A stretch of DNA of 64,000 bases from an uncultured delta proteobacterium (GTDB taxonomy: Bacteria; Desulfobacterota; Binatia; UBA9968): positions 224,001 through 288,000 of the forward strand of contig CAWFJP010000011.1 in NCBI GenBank assembly GCA_963816145.1, in the 5' to 3' direction. Shown here one piece after another: positions 52,346 to 62,488 of the stretch; position 1 is the stretch's first letter; each line of letters begins with the position of its first letter. Made by a program: the position numbers and the translations under genes. The notes under the pieces were generated by a model, which did no database searches, was not told where the DNA came from, and was given only the letters and a program-made list of their open reading frames with translations.

Positions 52346-52958
52346 CGGTTCGCCGTCCTCTTGTATCTCGTCATCCTGATCCAAACTGATTTCCGTCATC
52401 CGGCCGAGGACGCGATCGTAGCAGTCCTCGGCCAGTTTTTTTCGTCCCGCGGAATTATCCTGATAGCGGAAGCATTCAACTTTGGGCGGGATCGTCACCA
52501 GAACCTCGATACTGCGCAGTGCTAACAGCTGCCAAAAATGCGACACGAAATCCATGTCGCCGTACCAATAAATCGAATCGCGATTGGCCGGGCTAACCGG
52601 CACGCCATCGATGGATTTGTATGCGAGAGTCGTCGGCACGATCACCGACCGGCTGCGCAGCGGCGCCGCGAGCGGCACGGTTTGAAACGGCAACAGCCGT
52701 TCACCGTCGGTCGATGTGCCCTCGGGAAATAGCAAAATATTGGCTTCCTGCGTCAACTTGCTCGTCATCTCTTGCAGCAGCAGACCCACCTGATCCTTAC
52801 GCTGCCGATCGATGAAAACCGTCCCGCACAGAACGTTCCACTGGCCGACAATCGGCCAACTGCGCACTTCCTTTTTCGACACGAAGACGATGGGGAAAAT
52901 ACTGCCGAGCATATGGCCACCCGTTTGATAATCGAAACTGCCGAGCGCCGCGCCTCAT
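52331..52958 (-). pseudogene. Lysophospholipid acyltransferase (PlsC/OlsA-like) with internal deletion
   Basis: FVSKKEVRSWPIVG, FIDRQ and LFPEGTSTDG are present. The NHxSxxD block and N-terminal TM are missing between the start (MRRGARQF) and LGSIFP. Confidence 0.6.
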
Positions 52959-53716
52959 CGATGGCTCCATTGTGGCGGCCGCTTCTGTAAAAAAGCCTGG
53001 ACACCTTCTTCGACATCCGCGGTGCGGAGAAGCTCATCGCAGTAAATTTGTTCGGCGCGCTTGAGCGACGCGTCGAAATCGCGCAGAGACAATTCACGCA
53101 ACCCTTTGACGGTTAGACGCATGACGGCGCCGCTCTTACTCAGGAGTTCCCCGACCAGACTCTCGACACCACATTCTAGTTCGCCATCGGCAAACACGCG
53201 ATTAATCAATCCCATCGCATGGGCCTCGCGGGCACTGAAGCGGCGGCCGGTGAGAATCATTTCCGCCGCCCGGTGGTAACCGATCAAGGCGGTGAAGCGG
53301 GCCAGCGCCACTGGCGGGTAGCAGCCGACAAGAATTTCCGGCGTGGCGAACCAGCTTTCTTCTGCGGCGACAATGAAATCGCAAACACTGGCGACTTCGC
53401 AGCCGCCGCCGAGACAGGCACCGCGCACCGCAGCAACGGTGACTTGGGGCAGGCCCATAAGCTTGCGAATCACGCCGTGAACCACGCCGAGCATTTCCGG
53501 AACCTTTTCTTTGGTGTGGTCCTTAATGTCCACACCCGCCGAGAATGCTTTCCGCCCTTGACCACGCAGCACCACTACATCGACGGCTGGTTCCGCTGCG
53601 CAGTATCGAAGAATTTCGTCGAGCTCGCGTAATAAGACGATGTCGAGCACGTTTAGAGGCGGCTGATCCCAAGTGATTGTCAACCGCCGATCTTTTTTGT
53701 CTACATTCACGCGCAT
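52955..53716 (-). CDS. dch: Cyclohexa-1,5-diene-1-carbonyl-CoA hydratase-like crotonase
   Basis: PPLNVLD, FSAGVDIKDH, CLGGGCE, PEI.VG.YPPVA, EQIYCDELLRT.D.EEG..AFLQKR.P.W resemble Dch/BamR. Confidence 0.65.
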   Translation of the reverse strand: MRVNVDKKDRRLTITWDQPPLNVLDIVLLRELDEILRYCAAEPAVDVVVLRGQGRKAFSAGVDIKDHTKEKVPEMLGVVHGVIRKLMGLPQVTVAAVRGACLGGGCEVASVCDFIVAAEESWFATPEILVGCYPPVALARFTALIGYHRAAEMILTGRRFSAREAHAMGLINRVFADGELECGVESLVGELLSKSGAVMRLTVKGLRELSLRDFDASLKRAEQIYCDELLRTADVEEGVQAFLQKRPPQWSHR

Positions 53717-53872
53717 GTCAAATTCCTCGCCTGCTGTGAAACTTCTAACTACGTCGATTAGTCTTAAACCGAGGATCGCTACGCTTGCAAGGCGATCGAC
53801 AAACATAAGTTTGACAAACCCCCTCGCAGCTCTTAAACTGTTGTTTTATCAGACTCTTAAGGAGGGCTTAAC

Positions 53873-54628
53873 ATGAAAAAACGAACCGCCCAAGCAGTGA
53901 CATTGGCGCTGTCAATTGGATTAGCGGCGCAGACGAGTTTTGCTGCCCCCGACGCATATGACGATAGCCAATCGAACCCGTTGAGAGTCCTTGCATACCT
54001 CACCTATCCCGTCGGCTGGCTCGCCGAGTGGACGATCTTTCGACCGTTTCATTTTCTGGTCAGCGGTACTCAAGCGCAGGAGGCTTTTTTTGGCCATACG
54101 CCCCATCCGCCCGTCCTAGCTGAACCGCAAACCGTGAACAGCTACGGAGTAGCCAAAAGAGTTCCGCTGCAGACGGTGCGAGTAGCACCGCCCGCGCCGC
54201 CACCGGTGCCAGTGCCGGAGCATGTTAAGGTCGTCGAAGTGCCTGTCGAAAAAACCGTGATTCAAGAAAAAATCGTCGAGGTCGATCGCCTGGTCTTTAC
54301 ACCCGTGGCGTTCGAATTCGACTCTGCTCGCTTGACAGACCTGGGCAAAGGTCAGGTCTATCTTGCCGCCCAACGGCTGAAAGAACGCGGCAACATGACC
54401 ATTGCCGTCGAAGGCCACACCGATAATCGCGGCGACGATAGCTATAATCAAAAGCTTGGCTTACAGCGCGCTCAAACAGTCATGAGTGAATTGGTTTCAT
54501 TGGGCATCGAGCCGAGCCGCATGTCGACCACTAGTATCGGCGAAAGCAAACCGCTGATCGAACAAGATACGGCTTGGGCGCGTGCGATCAATCGCCGAGT
54601 CGAGTTTCAAGTGCGGGCAGCGAAATAA
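53873..54628 (+). CDS. OmpA-family peptidoglycan-binding protein
   Basis: Signal peptide; FEFDSARL, VEGHTD.RG...YNQKLGLQRA, NRRVEF. Confidence 0.9.
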   Translation: MKKRTAQAVTLALSIGLAAQTSFAAPDAYDDSQSNPLRVLAYLTYPVGWLAEWTIFRPFHFLVSGTQAQEAFFGHTPHPPVLAEPQTVNSYGVAKRVPLQTVRVAPPAPPPVPVPEHVKVVEVPVEKTVIQEKIVEVDRLVFTPVAFEFDSARLTDLGKGQVYLAAQRLKERGNMTIAVEGHTDNRGDDSYNQKLGLQRAQTVMSELVSLGIEPSRMSTTSIGESKPLIEQDTAWARAINRRVEFQVRAAK

Positions 54629-54650
54629 CCTTAGAATCTCCGCGACAGCG

Positions 54651-54682
54651 AGCCCAGCCGAACCATTCGGCTGGGCTTTTTT
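54651..54682 (+). terminator. Intrinsic terminator
   Basis: AGCCCAGCCGAA-CCA-TTCGGCTGGGCT-TTTTT. Confidence 0.85.
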
Positions 54683-54721
54683 ATGGCCGCCGTTCGGGTA
54701 GAGTAAGAGCGATATCAGCCC

Positions 54722-55336
54722 ATGGCCTACATACCTCAAGACCGCTTTTTCAAGAAAGCTAAACAGGACGGCTATCGCTCCCGCGCCGCGTATAAACTAG
54801 TCGAACTGCAACAGCGCTTACGCTTGATAAATACCGGCGACAAGGTTGTCGATCTCGGCGCGGCGCCAGGGGGGTGGTTGCAGGTAGCAGCCAAGCTGGT
54901 CGGCCCGACCGGCAGAGTCATCGGCGTCGATCTACAACCGATTCAGCCGTTTCAAGAGCGCAACATCGTGTTGATTCAAGGCGATGTCTTGACCGGTGAA
55001 ATCCAAGGCAAGATTAAAGAGCTATTGGACGGCATGGCGCACTGCGTGCTCTCGGATATGGCACCGAAACTCAGCGGTATTCGTGACGCCGACATGGCGC
55101 GCTGCCAAGAACTCAATCGCCTGGCGCTCAACGTCGCCAAAGAGTTACTGCGCCCCGGTGGTGTTTTGTTGGTCAAGAGTTTTGTCAGTGAAGACCTACA
55201 GTTTTACAGCGCTGAGCTGAAAAATTATTTCGCCACAGTCCAACGCACCAAACCGGAAGCAAGTCGCCAGGGTTCGTCTGAGTTTTATTTCTTCGCCAAG
55301 GGCTACCAGCCACAGATTATCGCTGTTGCGCCGTGA
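54722..55336 (+). CDS. rlmE: 23S rRNA Um2552 methyltransferase
   Basis: YRSRAAYKL, DLGAAPGGW, SDMAP, KPEASR..SSEFY. Confidence 0.93.
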   Translation: MAYIPQDRFFKKAKQDGYRSRAAYKLVELQQRLRLINTGDKVVDLGAAPGGWLQVAAKLVGPTGRVIGVDLQPIQPFQERNIVLIQGDVLTGEIQGKIKELLDGMAHCVLSDMAPKLSGIRDADMARCQELNRLALNVAKELLRPGGVLLVKSFVSEDLQFYSAELKNYFATVQRTKPEASRQGSSEFYFFAKGYQPQIIAVAP

Positions 55337-55339
55337 GTC

Positions 55340-56332
55340 ATGTCGGAAATTAGAAAAGACCCGCTCACCGGTCGCGCGGTGATTATCGCCCCCGAACGGG
55401 CGGCGCGCCCCAACCAGCTCGGCTCTCCCGACAAGGCAGACCCACCCCAAGCCTGCCCATTTTGTCCTGGTAATGAAAACTCAACACCGCCGGAGTCATG
55501 GGCAGATAGGCCAGGCGATTCGCAACCCAATCAGCCCGGCTGGTCAGTCCGCGTCGTGCCGAACAAGTACCCAGCCGTCGCCATGGATGAAGCCTATGGC
55601 GAAAGCTACGCAACAGAGCCGTCAACCGGCACTGGCATCCATGAGGTCATCATCGAAAGCCCGGCTCATAGCGCCAACCTGGCTGCGCTGGACGAAGATC
55701 AATTCACCAGGATTTTTTATGCCTACCGCGAGCGATTGCGCGCCTGGCGCAGGAACCCTCGCTGGCGCTACCGGTTGATCTTCAAAAACCAGGGCGCGCG
55801 CGCCGGCGCCACCTTCGAACATGCGCATGCGCAGTTGATCGCATTACCGTTCGTGCCCGCCGATGTTGAAAATGAACTCGCCAGCGCCTGTGCATACCAC
55901 CGGCGCAGCGCCCGCTGTTATTATTGCGCGCTGATCGGACATGAGCTGCAAGCACAAACACGCGTGGTCAGGAGCAGCGCAGAATTCATCGCGCTTTGTC
56001 CCTTGGCGCCGCGCTTCGCCTTTGAGACCTGGATACTACCGCGGATTCACGGCGCAGCCTTCGAGGAGTCCGAGGAGGCAACTGTTGCTGCGCTGGCTAG
56101 GATTTCACGGCAAGTGATTGCCGCGTTGGACCGTCTTCGGGCCAATCCACCGTTCAATTACTTTATTCAGTCGCTGTCTTTGGATGAAAGTGAGCTGGCG
56201 CACTACCATTGGCAGCTGCGCTTGCTGCCGCAGTTTTCTCGGGCCGCCGGTTTCGAATGGGGCTCGGGTATGCACATCAACCCGGTAGCGCCGGAAGACG
56301 CGGCGCGGATGTTACGCGACGCGGCGATCTAA
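55340..56332 (+). CDS. galT: Galactose-1-phosphate uridylyltransferase-like protein
   Basis: CPFCPGNE, VVPNKYPA, HEVIIESP.H, FKNQG..AGATFEHAHAQL, AGFEWGSG. Confidence 0.85.
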   Translation: MSEIRKDPLTGRAVIIAPERAARPNQLGSPDKADPPQACPFCPGNENSTPPESWADRPGDSQPNQPGWSVRVVPNKYPAVAMDEAYGESYATEPSTGTGIHEVIIESPAHSANLAALDEDQFTRIFYAYRERLRAWRRNPRWRYRLIFKNQGARAGATFEHAHAQLIALPFVPADVENELASACAYHRRSARCYYCALIGHELQAQTRVVRSSAEFIALCPLAPRFAFETWILPRIHGAAFEESEEATVAALARISRQVIAALDRLRANPPFNYFIQSLSLDESELAHYHWQLRLLPQFSRAAGFEWGSGMHINPVAPEDAARMLRDAAI

Positions 56333-57580
56333 GCCTTCAGCGGGCGCGCCGCCGCGGGCCTGCCGTTGCTGGTAAAGTAGCACCGAAGCCGCAATCGCGC
56401 AAAAAGCGCCGGAGATGGTAATTGCCCGTGGCGTACCGATCAGATGGGCGACGCTGCCGATAAACAGCGTGCCAAACGACCACAATCCCTTGTCCATGAA
56501 AAACAGGCTGAGCATGCGGCCGAGATACTGCGGCGGAGTTTCCATTTGCACGATAGAGTTCGCCACGGCGCGAAAAGCGATGTTGCTGGCGCCGACGAAG
56601 ATAAGAAACAACATCGAAAGATAGACCGAGCGGGAAAATGAAAACAGCATCAGCGAGATCGAGAACGCTAACACCGCCGTGGCGACGAAATGAAGACGTC
56701 TTCGCAATCGGCCAAGCGAGGCGATCCCCAACCCGGCAAAAACAGCGCCCATCCCCGGCGCCGCGAGCAACAAACCGAACGTCGTTGGCCCGGCATGGAG
56801 CACGTCGGTGGCGAACACGGGCAAGAAACGCGAATACGGCGTACCGACCAGCGCGATGCCATAGGTAAGCAGAATGACCGATAGCAGCCGCCGCTCGCCG
56901 CGCAGAAAGCGATACCCTTCGCAGACCTCCTGCCAGAAGCGTGTTTCCTCAGCGACCTTGGCTTTCCCCGGAGGAATTTCCATGACCACCAATGTGACGA
57001 TAATCGCAAAAAAACTCACGGCGTTGACCAGCAGGCAGCCGGCGATGCCGATCACACCGATCAGCACGCCGCCCAAGGAAGGGCCGATGATCTTGGCCAA
57101 ATTGGCCAGCGAAGAGTTGAGCGCGATGGCATTCATCAAATCCTCGCGCGGCACGATGTTGTTGATCAGGGAATGGCGCGCTGTTTGATTGAGCGAATTC
57201 ACCGTGCCGAGGAAAAGCACTAGAACCAGTACATGCCAGAACTCGACCCCGCCGAATTGAACCAGAGCCCAGAAAGTAAACGCCTGAGCCATGGCTAAAA
57301 ATTGCGTGCATAACAGCAGTCGGCGCCGTTCGACACGGTCGACGATGGCGCCGCCGATGGCACCCAAGAGCAAGCGCGGCAAAGCCTGGGCAAAACCGAC
57401 GATACCGAGAAGAAACGGCGATTTGGTCATCTGCCAGACGAGCCAGCTCTGTGCCATCGCCTGAATGAAATCGCCGACATGGGACAGGCTGGTGCCGCAG
57501 AAGAGCAGACGAAAATTGCGATGCTTGAGCGAGCTAAGCGTGATTGCGAGTTGCGTCGACCCTCGTAGCCAGAGGGCCAT
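56312..57580 (-). CDS. MFS transporter (DHA3-like)
   Basis: GAIVDRVERRRL; about 12 TM helices. Confidence 0.88.
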   Translation of the reverse strand: MALWLRGSTQLAITLSSLKHRNFRLLFCGTSLSHVGDFIQAMAQSWLVWQMTKSPFLLGIVGFAQALPRLLLGAIGGAIVDRVERRRLLLCTQFLAMAQAFTFWALVQFGGVEFWHVLVLVLFLGTVNSLNQTARHSLINNIVPREDLMNAIALNSSLANLAKIIGPSLGGVLIGVIGIAGCLLVNAVSFFAIIVTLVVMEIPPGKAKVAEETRFWQEVCEGYRFLRGERRLLSVILLTYGIALVGTPYSRFLPVFATDVLHAGPTTFGLLLAAPGMGAVFAGLGIASLGRLRRRLHFVATAVLAFSISLMLFSFSRSVYLSMLFLIFVGASNIAFRAVANSIVQMETPPQYLGRMLSLFFMDKGLWSFGTLFIGSVAHLIGTPRAITISGAFCAIAASVLLYQQRQARGGAPAEGLDRRVA

Positions 57581-59410
57581 TATTCGACCGTAACGCTCTT
57601 GGCGAGATTGCGTGGTTGATCGACATCCTTACCGCCTAGCACGGCGATATAGTAGGCCAGCAATTGCAGCGGGATGGTCATCACGATTGGCGTAAGATAA
57701 TGCGAAGCTTTGGGCAGCGTCAAGACCCGAAACGCCGGAATCTCCGCGGCGGTTTTCGCGTCGTCGGTTAAAACAACGACTTTGCCGCCGCGCGACTCGA
57801 CTTCTTTCAGGTTGCTCACGGTTTTCTCGAAAAGGCGGTCGCGCGGCGCAAGGACCACGACCGGCATCTTGTCATCGATCAAGGCGATCGGCCCATGCTT
57901 CATCTCGCCGGCTGGGTAACCCTCGGCATGGATGTAGGAAATCTCCTTCAATTTAAGCGCCCCCTCGAGAGCGATAGGATAATTGATGCCACGGCCGAGA
58001 TAGAGAAAATCACGGCTGTGCAACAGATCGCGCGCCAATACTTTGACTTCACCTTCGAGCTTCAAGGCTTCTTCGATCCAAGTCGGCAGATGCATCAGAT
58101 CGCGCAGTAACTTACGCGCGTCCGCCTGTTTGAGCTTGCCGTTCATCCGGCCGAGCGCGACGGCAAGCAGGTAGAGGGCGGTTAATTGAGTAGTAAAGGC
58201 TTTGGTGCTGGCGACGCTGATCTCAGGTCCGGCATGGGTGTAAAGCACGCCATCGGATTTGCGCGGGATCGAAGCATCGATCACATTGCAGATGGAAAGA
58301 ATCTTCGCCTTCTTCGCCCGCGCGATATCGGTTGCGGCCAAAGTATCGGCGGTTTCTCCAGATTGGCTGACCATCAACAATACCGACTTCGGGTCCATCA
58401 AAGGCGAGCGGTAGCGGAACTCCGAACCGTAGTCGACCTCGGCGGGAATCCCGGCGATCTCCTCGAGCAAGAATTTACCGATCAAACAAGCATGCCAAGC
58501 CGTACCACAGGCAACCAGGTGAATGCGCTTGATCTGTTTGACAGCGCTGGGTTTGAGCCTAATGTCTTCCAGCGACACCTGGCCCTGCTTAAGCACGATG
58601 CGGCCGCGAAAGGTATCGGCCAGGGCACGCGGTTGGTCGTGGATTTCCTTGAGCATGAAATGCGGATAACCGCCCTTTTGCGCCGCGACGGCATCCCAGG
58701 TGATCTCTTTGACGGGTCGCTTGATCGGCTTACCCTTGCCGTCGAATAAACGATAGGAGCCGAGAGATACGTCACCGATCTCTCCGTCTTCGAGAAACGC
58801 CACCTTACGCGTGTAATCGAGCAGTGCAGGAATATCGGAAGCGATAAAGGTTTCGCCTTCACCGCAGCCGATGACAATGGGCGTGGAATTCTTAGCGACG
58901 ATCAGCCGCTTTGGATCGCGCCGGTTGAGAAACAACAGCGCATAAGAACCGTGAATCTCACGCAGCGTACGCTGCACCGCGGCGAGAAAGTCGACGCCAC
59001 GCTCGACCTTCTCGGCGACTAAATGAGCGACGATCTCGGAATCTGTTTCGGAGCTAAAATGCGTGCCGCGCTTTAACAGCTGCTGCTTCAACTCAAGATA
59101 ATTTTCAATGATACCGTTGTGCACGACGACGATGTCGCCGGCGCGGTGCGGGTGGGCATTGTTCTCCGACGGCCGGCCATGGGTCGCCCAGCGGGTGTGG
59201 CCGATGCCGATGCTACCGGTCATCGGCTGCCGCGTCAGCATGCTCGCGAGGTTGCTGAGCTTGCCCTCGGCCCGGCGCACGGTCAGCTGGTTGTCATGCA
59301 GCACGGCGATGCCCGCGGAATCATAACCGCGATATTCGAGCTTGCGCAAACTATTCGAGGATCAGCGGGGCTGCGTCTCGATGACCGATGTAGCCGACGA
59401 TTCCGCACAT
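57580..59410 (-). CDS. glmS: Glutamine-fructose-6-phosphate transaminase; +1 frameshift ~59352
   Basis: MCGIVGYIG..., then LEYRGYDSAG, GHTRWATHG, C-terminal PRNLAKSVTVE. Confidence 0.95.
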
Positions 59411-60805
59411 TATTGTTTTTTTCCTTTCATCTGCTTGCGCTTCTGCTGCGGTCCAGCCCTCGCGGATTTTTTCTTCGCGCTGATTGAAGACGAGAGCCCC
59501 GGCGGGAACATCATGGCGCACCGTGCTGGCGGTGGCGACATAGACATCGTCGCCGAGCGCGATCGGCGCCACTAACGTGGTGTCGCTCCCCACCTGAACG
59601 CGATCGCCAATCTGGGTCTGGTACTTTTGAAAGCCGTCGTAGTTACAAGTGATCGTGCCCGCGCCAATATTGCTGTCACGGCCAATGGTCACGTCGCCCA
59701 GATAGCTTAGGTGATTCGCTTTTGTGCCGTCGCCAATATGCGCCGCCTTGGCTTCGACGAAGTTGCCGATATGAACGTTGCGGCCCAGGTCGGTTCCGGG
59801 ACGCAGTTGAGCGAACGGACCGATGATCGCGCCGGCGCCGACACGGCTGCCGGTGAGCATGACGGAAAATTTCAGTTCGACATCGTCGCCGATCTCAACA
59901 TCGGTAAGAAACGCCGTGCCGTCAATCCGGCAGCGCTCGCCGATGATCGTCTTGCCACGCAATTGGGTATTGGGACCGATCACGGTGTCTTTGCCGATGA
60001 TCACGCCTTCATCGATATAAGTCGTGTCGGGATCCTTCAACGTCACCCCGGCGAGCATCCATTTTCGGTTAATGCTCTCACGCAAGCTTTTCTCCATAAA
60101 AGCCAGCTCCTCTCGCGTATTCACGCCTAACATCTCGCGAGCATCCGCGACATGCACGGTTTCGATGATTTCCCCCTGGGCTAATCCGATAGCGACAATA
60201 TCCGGCAAATAGTACTCGCCCTGCCGGTTGTCGTTTTTAACCGCGCTCAGTGCAGCGAATAAATACGACGACGAGGCGACATAAACACCAGCGTTCACTT
60301 CGCGGATTTGCCGTTGGATGTCGCTGGCATCGTTCTCTTCCACAATTCCCGTGACGCGGCCGGCGCCATCGCGCAGCACCCGGCCGTAACCTTGGGGCTC
60401 ACTCAGAGATGCCGTAAGTAAGGTCACGACGGCTGTTTGTCGGCGATGCTTCTCAACCATGCTGCGCAAAGTCTCTTCTTTGATCAGCGGCACATCGCCG
60501 CTAAGAATCAGCAGTTCGCCGGAGAAGCTTTCAAAAATCTCCTTGGCGCATAATACGGCATGGCCGGTTCCCAGCTGTTGATCTTGGATCACCCACGCAA
60601 CACCGCCACCGCCATAAGCTCGGCGCACCGCGTCAGCGCCATGGCCGATAACGACCGCGATTCGCACCGGTGCCAGCCGTTCCGCCGTGGTCAAGGCATG
60701 GAGAAAGAGCGGCTGCCCGGCGAGCGGGTGGAGCACCTTGGGCAGCGCGGATTTCATCCGGGTACCCTGTCCAGCAGCCAAGAGAATGACTCCAAGTTCC
60801 TGCAT
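59411..60805 (-). CDS. glmU: Bifunctional GlcNAc-1-P uridyltransferase/acetyltransferase; +1 frameshift near the 3' end
   Basis: LAAGQGTRMKS..PKVLH, QLGTGHAV, GNFVE.K, HLSYLGD, GAGTITCNYDG. Confidence 0.95.
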
Positions 60806-60857
60806 GTTCCTCAAATCACAGCCACAAGCTTGAATTATAGAGTAACGACCGATTCAA

Positions 60858-61215
60858 TCAAAGCGGTGATTTGGGTTTGTTGGCCGCTTTCGGCAGGATC
60901 CCAGACACCAGGCCGCAGGCCACGGCGCTAACGGCAACGGCCAATGGCACCGGCATGATCGTCGCCACGCTGCCAATACCGATGGCACCGAGCGAACCGA
61001 AACCCCGGTCAAAAAAAAAGCTCATAGCGCGGCCGAGCATATGATCGGGACATTCCTCCTGAATGATCGCGCGCGCCAGCACACGGTAGCTGATCTGCAT
61101 CGAGCCGACGATGGCGAGCAGTGCGATGGAAAAAAAGTAAATCGGTGACAGCGCGAACAGAAAAATACTTACGGCGTAAATCAGACTGGAGCCAACCAGT
61201 AGGCGGCGGCTAGCG
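60858..61215 (-). pseudogene. C-terminal fragment of an MFS transporter paralogous to 56312..57580
   Basis: IIQEECPDHMLGRAMSFFFDRGFGSLG parallels IVQMETPPQYLGRMLSLFFMDKGLWSFG; N-terminal part absent. Confidence 0.6.
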
Positions 61216-61550
61216 CGCAAGCGCGAGTGGGCAGAGAGAAAAAAAGTTGAGCCCGCAAGTTCCCAAGCGAGGCCATTTTCGACGACCAAGTGAATATATA
61301 CGTCGATCTCTGCCGTCAGGTCACCGATGGCAATCAGACAAAATCTTGATAACGCAGTGCTGGAGGTAGTTTCACACCGGAAAGCAATTCTCAGTGCAAA
61401 TAGGCAGGGAGACTATTCTTTCAGGCAGCGGCAAAGTCCAATTCCATTCGGGCAAGAATTTCGCCAAAAATCCTTGTCAGTGCGACAGAATTCCATTACA
61501 AAATAACTGCAGCCTGAGAACTTGTCGCAGACTTTGCAGTCGGAGGTCTA

Positions 61551-61715
61551 TTGAAAGATCGATCCGCGGCGCCGTCGGCCCAACAGAATTCACAGGACAA
61601 CTGGTGGGACTACTGTCCCATTTGCAGCTCGAAGCTCAACAATCAGAAATGCAAATATGTTTGTCCCAATCCGAAATGCAATTTCTTCATGAGCTGCAGC
61701 GAATTCGATCTCTAG
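61551..61715 (+). CDS. Small Cys-rich zinc-ribbon protein (54 aa, below the ORF-track cutoff)
   Basis: GGAGG RBS + TTG start; ...WWDYCPICSSKLNNQKCKYVCPNPKCNFFMSCSEFDL*. Confidence 0.7.
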   Translation: MKDRSAAPSAQQNSQDNWWDYCPICSSKLNNQKCKYVCPNPKCNFFMSCSEFDL

Positions 61716-61750
61716 CGATGCGCGCCGCATTGCGGTAAAAGACCAAAATC

Positions 61751-62479
61751 ATGGCGAAAACAGCCGGCATCGTCATCATCGGCAACGAGGTCCTGTCGGG
61801 CAAGACCCAGGACATCAACTCACACTTTTTCTGCACCGAGCTGCGGCAACTGGGCGTCGAGGTACAAAAGATCTCCACCATCCAGGACGAGATCCCGCTA
61901 ATCGGCAAGGAAGTCGCCGAGTTTTCCCATCGCTTTGACTTCGTTTTCACCTCAGGCGGCGTCGGCCCGACCCATGACGATGTCACCATCGAAGGCATCG
62001 CCCATGGTTTCGGTGTCAAAGTCGTGCGCCATCCGGACATCGAAGCGCGCATGCGGCGGCGCCTGGGCGTGGATTTGAACGAAGCGCGCCTGCGCATGGC
62101 CAACGTCCCAGAAGGCGCTACGCTCTTGTGCGCCGACGCGCCGTTCGCGCCGATCGTGCAGATGCGCAATGTCTATGTTTTCCCCGGCATCCCGAAGATA
62201 CTCCAGGAGCGCTTTCTTAGCATCAAAGAACAGTTTCGCGACGCGCCCTACTATCTCAAAAATGTTTACGTGCGCCACGGCGAAGGCATCATCGCCACCA
62301 TGCTTAACGACCTGTTGGTGAAATATCCCGATCTCATGTTGGGCTCCTATCCGGTGCTCGACCTCCCAGACTACAAGGTCAAGGTCACCTTGGAGTCGAA
62401 AGACCAGAAATATTTGACTCGGGCGCTGGAAGCCTTCGTCTCCTCCCTGCCAAAGGACAGCGTCCACCGCATCGACTAG
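61751..62479 (+). CDS. CinA-like molybdopterin-binding-domain protein
   Basis: IIGNEVLSGKTQD.N, TSGGVGPTHDDVT, FPGIP, GSYP. Confidence 0.88.
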   Translation: MAKTAGIVIIGNEVLSGKTQDINSHFFCTELRQLGVEVQKISTIQDEIPLIGKEVAEFSHRFDFVFTSGGVGPTHDDVTIEGIAHGFGVKVVRHPDIEARMRRRLGVDLNEARLRMANVPEGATLLCADAPFAPIVQMRNVYVFPGIPKILQERFLSIKEQFRDAPYYLKNVYVRHGEGIIATMLNDLLVKYPDLMLGSYPVLDLPDYKVKVTLESKDQKYLTRALEAFVSSLPKDSVHRID

Positions 62480-62488
62480 CTCGCGCGA

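Noticed and set aside
59351-60814. GlmU-GlmS N-terminal fusion in the ORF track
   Set aside because: It results from two nearby +1 indels. The normal glmU TAA / glmS ATG junction is at 59413-59408.
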